Assembly (NCBI GenBank): GCA_963693365.1
Contig: CAVNZM010000009.1
Coordinates: 2,358,231-2,422,230 of the forward strand
Length of the DNA stretch: 64,000 nt
Source: Amoebidium appalachense
Lineage: Eukaryota > Protista > Ichthyosporea
Direction of reading: 5' to 3'
Positions within the stretch are counted from its first letter, which is position 1; each line of letters starts with the position of its first letter. The notes under the pieces are model-generated. The model searched no databases, was not told the DNA's origin, and saw nothing but the letters and a program-made list of their open reading frames with translations. A program made the translations under genes and the position numbers. This document shows positions 36,152 through 61,342 of this stretch, piece by piece.

Positions 36152-36509
36152 CACAACTTTCGTAATAGCTTGTAGTCTGATGCTTCTAGCCCTTTCAGGC
36201 TTTGCCCTTTTGTATACTGTATGTTGGCGCTTCGAGTATAGCTGCTTCGAATTCTGTTGAAACTTCTAACCACTACAACAAAGATAGAATTCTTCGACAG
36301 CGAACCCTCACCCCCCCCCCCCCCCCCCCCCCCCCCCCAACCCCCCCTCCCCGCGTCCCCCTGTCTATATTAGATAGAGACTGATCACCTCCGTGTGTGT
36401 GTGTGCAACGACTATATACTCTACTTGTGTTAGTGCAGACTCTGCTACGTGTGAGAAGGTAGTTTTCTCTCAGGTACGTGCCTTCGCAACGCTTTCCACT
36501 GCTTCGAAG

Positions 36510-39500
36510 ATGGCACCGCGGTCGTTTGACAGGCCTAGATTGACAGGTAGCATTGACTGGGTGGCGTTTGAGCCGTTGTGGCTAGCTTACGCTGAGTCCA
36601 AGGGGTTTGCCGACTGCTATTTGGCACCCCCTTCCACCCAGGTGCGCAGGAAGCGTCGTTCATCTCCTGCGCCTGCTGGCAACGTTTCTGCCGGCACTGA
36701 GACTGTAACTGTGGAGGTCACGCCGCTGCGCGGCGGCCAGCCACAGCCTGAATGTGATTCTGGCATCCGTGAAGGTGGCACAAGTGTCACTGATGCCGGC
36801 CCTAGGCCTCCCGTGGTGAGGAGGAGACCGCTGCGACGTCCTGCAACGTCCTGCGCCAGCCCCAGTACAGCAGTGATTCTGAGTCCGATGATGGGAGTGA
36901 GGGTGAGCGTGTTGGCGTGAGTGTGTCGCGCGCCCGTCGCCATGAAGGCAAAGCCAAGTACGAGCTGATGACTGCTGTGGATGACACCCTGCGCCCCCAG
37001 ATTCAGACCTGTGCTTCTGCGCACGCCATGTGGACCACGCTCAAGACCACCAACAGTGTGCTGACCCCTGATGCCCGTGCCATGCTGCACAACAGGTGGA
37101 CGCAGCTGGCTGCCGAGCCCAAGGACACCATTGCAACGATCTTTGCCAAGGTGTTCAACCTGCAGCATCAGCTGACAGCAGCAGGCATCCCCGAGTCGGA
37201 TGAGCAGGTGCGGCTGAAGATTTTGGACATGGTCCCTAACCGTCTGCGCACTGCCAAGGAGGTGCTGAGCATGGAGCACGTGCCGCGCTCTCTTGACGAG
37301 ATGAAGCACATGCTGCTGACCCAGGAGATCAACCTGCTACGGCAAGGCGGGCAGCCCAAACCGCCTCCCCCCCGCTGTGAGACGCCTAACGCAGCTGCTC
37401 TGGCTGCTGCTGCCACTGGCACTGGGGCCAAGGAGGATCCCGGCAAGCGTGGCGGCCGCGGCGGCAAGGGTGGCCACGGTGGCCGGCGCGGTGCAGGCAA
37501 CCAGGGTGCTGCTGCTTCCGATCGTCTGTACTGCGTGAAGAACGGCCTCTGCTTCAAGTGCAAGAAGCCTGGCCACCAGCAGACACAGTGCCCGACCATG
37601 CTGGAGACACTGCGTGCGAACCTGGCGGCTGCGGAGGCCCTTGCTGGCGACATTGGCGATGCCTTTGGCATGATGGCTTCGGCCTACATGTCCACGGCTG
37701 GTGGGCCTGCAGTTGGGCGGGACGGCAAGTGGACCTGGGATGGTGCTGCATCGCACCATATGACGTGCAACAAGGATGATTTCATCACCCTTGTGGACCT
37801 TAACCCTGCAGGTACGGTTAAGGTGGGTGGTGGCACCGTGCCTGCGGTGGGCCGCGGCACGGTGCAGGTAGGTGCATGGCACAGGGGTGTGCCTGCTCGC
37901 ATCACGCTGGATGCCCTGTACGTGCCTGCACTGGGTGCACGCCTGTTTTCGGCACCTACTGCTGTACAGGCCAGTTGTAGCTCGTTGGTGGCAGCTGACC
38001 GTGTCACCGTCTTCAAAACTGATGGCCGTGTCTACTTTGAGTGTGCACGTGACCCTGCAGCCAACCTCTACATGTGCCCCTTCACCGCACCTGGCGAGGA
38101 GCTGCCCGTAGATGCCCGGGCCCTGATGGCCACACTGGAGGGTGCTACCCCGTGTGTGCTGGCCGAGGGCACCACCATGGTGTGCAAGATCGTCACCCCA
38201 CCACCTGGCTTTGATTCGGGTGCAGCTGCAACCGTGCCTGCCCCGCCCGCCGCTGCCAGTGGTGATTGGACCCCCCGGCCGCCCACGCCGCAAAGGACCC
38301 CCCCTGTTGATGATTTTGCCGACCTGCCTGACCTCACAGCATCTGATGATGAGCTGTCTGAGAGTGACGAGGAGGCATCTGATGAAGAGGAGGCTAGTGC
38401 CCCGGAAGAGGAGGAGTGCAGGCCACCAGCTGCTGGGCGCGAGCGTGGCACTGAGGCCACTGCTGCTGCAGGCACCATGCCTGTACCAGCACGGCCTGCC
38501 CCAGCCACCGATGCCTGCACCCTGCTGCACCTGCCCCCAGTGCTACCCCTGCTCACCCCACCACGGAGCCAGCAGTGCAGCACCCGTGGAGCCCCTGCAA
38601 GAATGCGGCCAAGGCCAGCTACGAGACCTGGCACCAGCGCTATGGCCACCTCGGCAAGACTGGCCTGCTGCAGCTGGCGCGCAGCGGCATGGTTAAGGGT
38701 CTGGAGCTCACCACCAGCCCCCCGGCCACCCCTGCAGTGTGTGAGGGGTGTGCCATTGGCAAGGCCAAGCAGCAGCCCTTCCCTAGGCAAGGTCGCCAGC
38801 GTGCAGACATGATGCTTGGCATCGTGCACGTGGATGTGGGTGGCCCCTACAAGCGGTCTGTGGACGGCTACTACTTTGTGCTGGTGGCTGTGGATGACAA
38901 GACCGGCATGATGTTTGTGTGGGCTCTGAAGGAACCGTAGTGACGTGCCTGCCACCCTGGCTGCCTGGGCCACCAAGATGGAGCGGCAGCATGGTCCACA
39001 AGGTGCGCATCTACCGCACAGACGGCGCCGGCGAATTCAAGTCGCGGGGCTTCCAACGTTTCCTCATCAGCAACGGCATTGTGCATCAGATGGTGGTGGC
39101 CTATGAGCACGGCCAGAACGGTGTGGCTGAGCGCTACATCTACACGGTGATAGACAAGGCCCGGGCCATGATGGCATCTGTGCCGGGCTTCCCACATAAC
39201 CGCTGGCCCGAGGCTGTCGGCACGGCGGTGCTGCTGATCAACATGAGCCCCCACAAGGCCGTGTCTGGCATGACACCCTGGCAGGCATTCTACAACCAGG
39301 TGCCTGATGTGTCCTACCTTCGTGCGTATGGCTGCCTAGCCTACCCCACCATCGCCAAGGAGCAGCGCGGCAACAAGCTGGCACCACGTGCCCAGCGCGG
39401 CATTTTGATTGGCTACGGGGACGAGACCAAGGGCTACCGCATCCTGCTGGTTACCCCCAGTGGCAGTTTAGGTTCAGTGGTAGTGAGGAGGAGTGTGCAG

Positions 39501-41606
39501 TTCAACGACGGCGCCACCCTGGTGAAGGGCACGCCCACTGCCCTCAACCCGAGCATGCGCATGGCCACCAGCCCGGCTGCACCTGGCCTGACCAGCGCAG
39601 ATGACCCATTTGTGCAGGAGGAGTACATTACCACCGAGGAGGAGACAGGCAGGGACTTGGACCCTGCCAGCACTGTGGCCACCACGGCCACAGGCACCAG
39701 CAGCGATGGCTTTGATGACAGCGACAGTGAGAGCGAAGATGAGGGGGCAGCGCAAGGGGGTGCCGACATGCTTAAGCGTGCGCGCATGGACTCGCCGCCC
39801 GCCAAGTCAGCACAGCCAATCGCCAAGCGGGTGCATTTCACCGACAGCAACGTGCCCAGCCACCACCTGCCTAGGGTGACACGGAGTGGACACGTGTTCA
39901 GCACCCAGCAGCACCTGGGCAACGGCAAGGGCACCGTGATTGAGGCCAAATTTAAAGCGCTGGCCATGACTGCAGCTGCATCTGCGCTGGTGCACGGCAA
40001 GCAGCCCCTGCAGCCTGCACTGTTGGTGTTGGAGGTGCCCATACCCAACTCCTACAAGGAGGCCATGGTCTCAGACCATGCCACCATGTGGAAGCAGACA
40101 TGTGATGCCGAGATGGAGAAACTGCAGCGCCACGGCACTTATTCGCTGATGCCGCTGCCCGAGGGCCGCCGACCAATCAAAAATCGCTGGGTGTATGATG
40201 TCAAGCACAACGGCGACAATGAGGTGACCAAGTTCCGGGCCAGACTGGCGGCCAAGGGGTTCAGCCAACGTCCTGGTGTGAACTTCACCGACACCTTTAC
40301 CCCACAGCCAGACCGACCACCACCAGGTATTTGATGGCCACGGCCGCAGCCCAGGGCCGCCACCTGGCCCAGTACGATGTAGACAGTGCATTCCTCAATG
40401 CTGAGCTCAGCGAGGAAATCTACATGGCTCAGCCCGAGGGGTATGCGGTGCCCGGCCAGGAGCACCTTGTCTGCAGGCTGCACAAGGCCATCTACGGGCT
40501 GCGCCAGGCTGCACGAGCGTGGGGCGACACCTTCACAGCCGGCCTGGCCAAGCTGGGCTTCAAGCAGGCTGCAGCCGACCCCTGACTGTATATTCGCGGC
40601 AAGGGCAAGCATATGGAGCTGCTGGTGATCCACATCGACGACATGGTGGCCAGCACAGCCAGCATGCAGGCAGCCAAGCAGCTGGCCAAGCAGCTGGGCA
40701 CCATTTTTCCATCAAGGAGATGCCTCTGGCCGACTGCTTCCTAGGGGTGCAGATTGTGATCTGCAGGGAGCTTGGCACCATCAAGATCCACCAGTCTGCC
40801 TACACTGCACGTGTGTTGGAGAAATACGGCATGGCTGACTGCAGGGCTGTGGACACACCCATGACCCTCGACAAGCTGAGCAAAGCCCAGTGCCCTGCCA
40901 CCCCCGAGGAGATTAGCGCCATGGCGCCATATGTGGCGCTGCACCAGGGCATCGTAAGCAGTGTGATGTACCTGGCCAGCTGGACCCGGCCAGACATTGC
41001 TCAGGCCGTAGGGGTGCTTGCCAGGTTCAACCAGAACCCTGGCCAGGCCCACCTGACTGCTGCAAAGCGCGCGTTGCGCTACCTCAAGCGGACTGCCAGC
41101 CACGGCATCACCTACCACCGCGTCAAGGTGCCGGGCCATGTGATTGGCTACGTGGATGCCGACTGGGCAGGCAACCCAGACAACCGCCGCTCCACCTCCG
41201 GCTTCGCGTTTCTGGCCAGTAACGGAGCCATCAGCTGGTGCTCCAAGCTGCAGACCGTGGTGGCAGACAGCACAGCAGAGGCTGAGTATGTGAGTGCGGC
41301 CCCGCCACCAAGGAGGCCATGTGGTTGCGCAAACTCCAGCGTGACTTTGGTTTCAGCACCGAGGAGGCCATGGTGCTGTATGAGGACAACATGGCATGCA
41401 TCAGCATTGCCAAAGACCCCGTGGATTTTTCTCACACCAAGCACATCGACATCAAGTGGCACCTGGTGCGCTGGCACGTCAAGCAGGGCGACGTTGTGCT
41501 GGCCTACGTGCCGACCAATCAGCAGGTGGCTGATGCGCTGACCAAGGCCCTGCCCCGTGCTGCCCTCGAGAGCTGCAAGAAGGCCATGGGCATGGACAGC
41601 AAGTGA
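36510..41606 (+). pseudogene. Copia gag-pol polyprotein split over several frames
   Basis: Zinc knuckle CFKCKKPGHQQTQC; protease WTWDGAASHHM; GAG-pre-integrase WHQRYGH...CEGC; integrase VHVDVGGP, RTDGAGEF, QNGVAERY; RT FRARLAAKGFSQRPG, YDVDSAFLN, LHKAIYGLRQA, IHIDD; RNase H YVDADWAG, STAEAEY, YEDN, KHIDIKWH, ADALTK. About 7 frame breaks. Confidence 0.9.
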
Positions 41607-41743
41607 TCACCATGTGATGTGGAGGCAGGGGTGTGCTAGTTTATTGCTGCAGGCAACCAGTGCCTGGCTGAGGGGTGCGGCAATCGACGCTGCGATATGA
41701 TTGGCTGATTTGTAGATTAGGCGCTATTGTGTTGTAAGAGGTG

Positions 41744-42041
41744 TGTTGGAATATACAACCCCAAATCACCACATTAATAATAAAATATTAATAATAAAAT
41801 AATAAAATTGGGAGTTATAACGATAATTGACTGTTGCAACAGACTCTCCGAGCACTGTGTGGACACTTGTGTGATACTTAGGTGATAGTGCATGCAGCCC
41901 GATTAAGTACACACTTAGTAGGTAGTATCTTGCACCCATATAGAGACTGATCACTTCCGTGTGTGTGTGTGCAACGACTATATATACACTCTACTTGTGT
42001 TAGTGCAGACTCTGCTACGTGTGAGAAGATGGTTTTCTCTC

Positions 42042-42042
<1 letters not shown>
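41744..42042 (+). repeat. Probable complete 3' LTR (~300 bp)
   Basis: Begins TGTTGG after a short purine-rich run (AAGAGGTG), has an AT-rich U3-like part with AATAAA, and ends CTCA directly before a (CA)n tract. The 5' boundary is inferred because the 5' LTR lacks this part. Confidence 0.6.
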
Positions 42043-42112
<70 letters not shown>

Positions 42113-42147
42113 CTTGTATGCGCCTAAGATGCGATTATCTGAGTCTC

Positions 42148-42527
42148 AGAACTCATGACTCCAAATCCATCATCAAATCCCACAATCATCTCACTCCACG
42201 CTTTTCTTTATCCAGATCGCGTCATGTGCCACTGTGGCCGGGTGACCTCCCACACTGATGATTCTATGTATGCACTCATGTGTGTGTGCACCTCTTTGTG
42301 GAAGACATGTGTGGCCTTGAAGTAACGCAGGACCAGATTTGGCTCCTTATTGGGAAGATAGGCTACTCCAATAAACATTGCTGAGAAAAATAGGGTTCAT
42401 AATATCATAATAGCACGACTCGTGTATGACGACGGTATTTTTTCTATACGCTTTCTTTTCAATGCTTGAAACCTCCACGGTATCACTTGGGTCCTGCACA
42501 TCCGCCGTGAGTGTTCACACGAGTCTC
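42148..42527 (+). repeat. Dispersed ~350-bp repeat, copy A (diverged copy B at about 43864-44204)
   Basis: Colinear shared blocks AGAACTCATG, ATCCCACAATC, CGTCATGTGCC, GGGTGACCTCCCACACT, GCAGGACCAGA, ATTGGGAAGAT, CACACGAGTCTC. Confidence 0.75.
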
Positions 42528-42840
42528 AAAGCAGAATTATTCTGCAAAAAGCAGAATTATTCTGCAAAAAGCAGAATTATTCTGCAAAAAGCAGAATTAG
42601 TCTGCAAAAGCAGAATTATTCTGCAAACCGTTTTTGCAGAATCGCTCCTGTTGCTCTGCTTTTAGCAAAATCATTCTGCTTTTAGCAGAATTAATCCGCA
42701 AAAGCAGAATAACAAAGGCAGAATTATTCTGCTTTCGACAGCAGAATAGTTCTGCTGTTTGCAGAATAATTCTGCTTCTAGCAGAACAATCCTGCTGTTA
42801 GCAGAATAATTTTGCCTTTAGCCGAATGATTCTTGCTTTC
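42528..42840. repeat. Tandem array of ~20-bp units with palindromic core GCAGAATTATTCTGC
   Basis: The first five units are near-perfect with A-run spacers; later units are degenerate with T-rich spacers (opposite orientation). Confidence 0.85.
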
Positions 42841-43425
42841 GCAGGCCTATAGGCTGCTATAAACTTTTGCAGGATAGTTCGGCTCGGAGCAAGTTGACTC
42901 AGCCGATGTGGTCGGGGCCTTTGTGTGAGACAATATATAGCTTCGTCTTTCACCCTTCCCCGCCTATCTCCCGTGCTGCGCCCCCGCCCCCCGGTATCCC
43001 CCCTCCCCCCCTCCCCTCCCCCCCCCCCCCTCCCCCCTCCCCCCTCCCCCCCGCCTTCCCCCCCCCCTCTCCCTCTTCCCCTTGCCCCCAAGTTACTACC
43101 AAGGTCCCGGACTACCACCTAAAACCCGTTCCTGCATTCATCAAAAAGCATCATCGGGCTTCCCTCTTCTCCTCGCACCACGGTGGCCTGGCCCACTAAA
43201 CAACACCACAACACCACAAGACCACAATAACGGCCACAAGCACACACGTGCACGCGTGCGCACACACACTCACTCACATAGGCAAGCACGCGCGCACACA
43301 CACAACACTCACACACTGACACATACACGTATATGCACACACACATGCACACGCACACACACACACTGTGCACGGACGTACACACCGTCGCGCACAAACA
43401 CACACACACACACACAAACACACAC

Positions 43426-43556
<131 letters not shown>

Positions 43557-43863
43557 ACAGACACATAAACGTAAACGGACAAGGGAAAGAAGTCTAATCC
43601 GGTTTCAAAATCTTGCCTTGAATTTGAAACGCTGAACTTTTAAGTTCACTAAGATCATCTTTCTTTCTGCTTTTTCGTTTCCTGTTTTTCGTTTCTAAGC
43701 CTTCAGTTCATTGTCATTTTTTTATTTTTCTGGGGGAGGGTAGTGGTGGTGGTGGTAGTGGTGGTGGTGGTGGGGGGAGGGGGGGGGGGGGGGGGGGGGG
43801 GGGGGTTGGATACCCTCGTTATTAACTATGACCACTTCAGCCGTCACGGTGGCAGGGATTTTT

Positions 43864-44204
43864 GAGAACTCATGCATATAAACCCGTCATCCCACAATCC
43901 CTCATACTAATGCCTTTATCATTCTAGATCCCGTCATGTGCCCATCATGATGTGACTGGCCTACTGGGTGACCTCCCACACTAATGATGCAATGCATGCA
44001 CTCGTGTGTGTGCATCTCCGGTGGCACTGATGTTTGCAGGACCAGACTTGGCTTCTCATGTAATGCATTGGGAAGATGGGATCACCCACTCAACGTTTCA
44101 CGGGTCAACTATTACGACAGTGTACGTATACGTAAGTACAATCAATTGACCTGCCTTTTTTTTGAACCTTCTTCAAACCCACGTGGGTGATCACACGAGT
44201 CTCC
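43864..44204 (+). repeat. Dispersed repeat copy B
   Basis: Colinear, diverged match to 42148-42527. Confidence 0.75.
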
Positions 44205-45144
44205 AGATTGTCACAGTGTGTTGTAAGACATGCCAGACATATTCAAGCCTGCTCTAAATTTTAGATTCAACCGATCTTCGGCAATCCCTCCCCCCCCCCC
44301 CCCCTCCCCCCTCTCCCCCCCCAGCACATTCGCCCACCCACCAGACTACTACCGATCGTCTGATCATTTTGGTTAACTTGGCATGTGCATTCACATAATA
44401 CTACGGTATTATAATTCCCCCCCCCCCCCTCTCCCTCCCTCCCTCTTAACCACCGACCCACCGACATATTCAATTCCGCCCACACCGTAACCAAAACCTG
44501 CCCATCCGCCCAATCGATGACTGAGTCAAGCATGGTTTTCTACCTCGCCTGTAATGAGAATAAGCACCTGGTCCACCCAAAGTAGTTATCTATCGCCACA
44601 GTGCCGGTTCATAGTGAGGGTCCGTCGGGCCGAAAGAATTAAGCTTGTCCGCGGGTTCACGGTTTATTGGTGCACGTGCGCACGGTATCCGTATGTACCA
44701 TGCGTATGATAGCTATATTAGGGCATGTAATCCTGCCGTTCCATTCTTGATTGAAAATTGCATCCGGATTTAAAACGTGACATGTATGCACAGGCACCGT
44801 GTTTTGTACACGTCGTATGAAGCACTAAGGCTAAAGACGTTGGGTCTCACTACTGCATAACAATTTACCAGACTCTAGAGCATGATTAAATCACCCACTG
44901 TTTAACTTACAGTGTTAGGTAGCATTGGTTGTTTCAGATGTTTCTATTCCATCTATACTCGTATTCATACCCGGGCAACTAGATAACTGGCTTTCCTTAC
45001 GATTCATTGCCATGACGCATCATTACAAAAATATTAATTACATCCTGTTTTGCTTTAAATTTGCATAATACTTAAATTTTATACATGCCGTCGCTCCTGT
45101 GCCCCAGCAACCTAATCGGACTTGAACTTCATGCGATTGCAGAT

Positions 45145-58724
<13,580 letters not shown>

Positions 58725-58929
58725 CCTACCACTCCCTTGCAAACACAATATAAAAACGCTCCTTGAACAGCACACGAGTTGGTTATCTCTACAAAGAGGC
58801 ACAACCTCTCTAACCTCGGCACTAACCTTTATGTTTAATAATGATACTAGAAGGAGACAAACTTGTGCTAATATCCCTCCCACTATGATGCTAAAGTCAA
58901 ATTGACTTGGGTCGCACCTCACAACGTTC

Positions 58930-59200
58930 TAAGTTTCTACGGGTAGTTCTGAGGTGGTTCACTGGTTCAGTCCGACCCCAGCCGTTTGCGCCAACATGAT
59001 TGCGCAAACCATAGCCAGGAGCGGCCCAATCAGATGACTAGGCTCATTTCAGCCAATCAAAATGTGCCCTAGGAAATGTGACGAATCAAACAGACTAAAC
59101 TACAAACATATTTGGCAAGTTGGCGCACATGGGATGCCGTAAAAACGCCAGCGTTACGTTTTTTCAAGTTCAACGTTCGTTTCCACAACCACAAAAGAAC
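58930..59200. promoter_or_regulatory. Putative bidirectional promoter between METTL3 (minus) and the ABC-F gene (plus)
   Basis: Head-to-head ATGs about 570 bp apart, CCAATCA motifs at about 59026 and 59053, CpG-rich and free of microsatellites. Confidence 0.5.
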
Positions 59201-59291
59201 CCTACTGAATAGAAGGGTAGTAAATAGCTGGTAACATCAGCTTTTCCAACTCGCGCGCTGTGAAGAAGCCATTAGGGCTGTTTCCGTCACC

Positions 59292-61245
59292 ATGGCGCCT
59301 ACTCCGGAAGAGTTGAAAGAGATTGTCACGGCGGCTTTGCCCGCCGAGGCAGGCATAGATGAAACCTACCACGACTACATCATAGAGTCCCTCTCGTCAG
59401 TTCTGGATGCTGGGGTACCCTCCGGAGACATGGAGATTACTCTGACAGAGTCAGTCGGGCCCCTTTTGGAGAGCTTTATTTCCGAAGATGAGGTTACAGA
59501 ATTTGTTAAGAAGGTGGTGGCCGATCTGGCAGCGCGCACCAAACCCAAGGCAAAGGTTCGCCGAAAGGATGATTACGCCATACAACTCGACGGTTTCATT
59601 TTGGGTTTTGGAGGCAAGATGCTTCTGGAGAGCACACAACTGCACATGAAACGCGGCCATCGCTACGCGCTTATCGGACACAACGGCGCCGGTAAAACTA
59701 CACTCATGACACGCATGGCTAAGAAAGACATTCGCGGCTTCCCACAGGATCAAACGTGTGTTTACGTCAAGCACGAAGTTGTTGGGGCAGGAGTTGAATC
59801 GGTAGTGGATTTCCTTAAGCGGGACTCGGCGTGCACGGATACGGCAATGGTGAAGGCGGCACTAACAAAGGTCGGCTTCTCGGAGGAAATGATGAAAGTT
59901 AAGGTGTCGGAGCTTTCCGGTGGGTGGAGAATGCGTTTGGCCATCTCGCGCACTTTGCTTCTGGATGCAGACATCCTACTACTGGACGAACCTACCAATC
60001 ACTTGGACGTGCACGCCGTGCAATGGCTCGTGGAATATTTGAACGGGCTTGAGGAAACTACCGTCATGGTTGTGTCCCACGACGTTCCCTTTCTGGAAAA
60101 GGTCGTTACAGATGTGATCCATTTCAAGGACAAGCAACTCACGTACGTTCCGGGTGGACTCCAGGCTTTCCTGGAAAAGAATCCCCTTCCAGGAATGACA
60201 CCGTCGCATTCTCCCCATGCCTCCACGCTCCGGTGCACCCGCACGTATGGACGACAACTCGAACATGGATGAGCTACCCGAATTTCGTTTCCCGGCTCCC
60301 GGGATGTTGGACGGGATTACAAGCAGCAGCCGTTCAATTATGAAACTCACACACGTGGATTTCGAGTACGACACGAAGAAAATCCGTGTTCTTCACGACG
60401 TGAACGTGAAGTTGACACTTTCCAGCAGGGTGGCCATTGTGGGCCCGAACGGCGCAGGCAAATCCACGCTGATGCGTATTCTCGTCGGTGAATTGAACCC
60501 GGTTACGGAGCAGGGTGATGTTTGGAAGCACCACAACCTTCGTGTCGCATATGTAGCCCAGCACACACTTTTCCATCTGGAGGAACATTTGGCCCAAACG
60601 CCCATTGAGTACTTCCAGGAGAGATTCCGGTCAGGTGCGGATGCAGAGATTCAAGGAAAGACCTCGTTGCGTCTTTCGGAGGAGGAGGTTCTGAAGGGAC
60701 AAACGTACGGGGAGGTGGAGTGCATCACGGGCCGGCGCATGCGCCATCGCGCACTCGAATACGAGATCAAGCGTGTGGGGATTAGGGAGAAGTTTTACCA
60801 TCCGCTGGAGAAGTTGAAGACCGACCCGACGATGATGAAGCTCGTCAAAGCGTACGACGAGAAACTCGCGGCGGTGGCGGCCGGCGTTGATCTCCGCCCA
60901 CTTCGTTCGAGCGAAATCAAGAAACATCTGGCGGATTTCGGCCTCAAAGATGAGTTTGTTACGGGGAAAATTGAGCGTCTTTCGGGTGGTCAGCGCACAC
61001 GTCTCGTTTTCGCCGCCGCTATGTGGCCCCGCCCTCATGTTTTGGCTCTGGACGAACCTACCAACTACTTGGACAGAGAGGCGCTGTCGGCACTCGCGGA
61101 GGCGATTCGGAGATTCAAGGGGGCAGTGGTGATGGTTACGCACAACGAAATGTTCTACAAGGACTTGTGTAATGAGTGGTGGTCAGTGCAGAACGGACAC
61201 GTGACGGTGCAAAGGGATGGGCCCCCAGAGGTAGAAGAGGACTAA
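59292..61245 (+). CDS. Intronless ABC-F family ATPase, eEF3-like (chromodomain-like insert in ABC2, no HEAT domain); one +1 frame break in the linker near 60215
   Basis: ABC1: GHNGAGKTT, LSGGWRMRLA, LLLDEPTNHLD, VVSHD. ABC2: GPNGAGKST, VWKHHNLRVAYVAQH, insert VECITGRRMRHRALEYEIK, LSGGQR, ALDEPTNYLDRE, MVTHN. No transmembrane segments. Confidence 0.88.
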
Positions 61246-61305
61246 GGGGTGGGTTTGTGCCTTTCTTTTCTTTCTTTCCTTCTTTTTTTTTTTTTTTTTT
61301 TTGAA

Positions 61306-61342
<37 letters not shown>

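Larger units (their letters stand above)
36374..42042 (+). mobile_element. Ty1/copia LTR retrotransposon, near full length, multiply frameshifted, with a truncated or rearranged 5' LTR
   Basis: A ~100-bp direct repeat ending TTTTCTCTCA at 36374-36472 and 41940-42042. The internal domain order Gag-PR-IN-RT-RNaseH is diagnostic of copia. The interior is GC-rich and free of host microsatellites. Confidence 0.93.

Noticed and set aside
36617-41477. Long antisense ORFs across the copia element
   Set aside because: Shadow frames of GC-rich coding sequence with no motifs.
36510-41606. Programmed frameshifting in the copia polyprotein
   Set aside because: Breaks are numerous and fall inside conserved domains, so decay or sequencing error is more parsimonious.
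42528-42840. CRISPR-like palindromic repeat array
   Set aside because: Spacers are only about 5 nt of A or T, there are no unique spacers or cas genes, and the context is eukaryotic.
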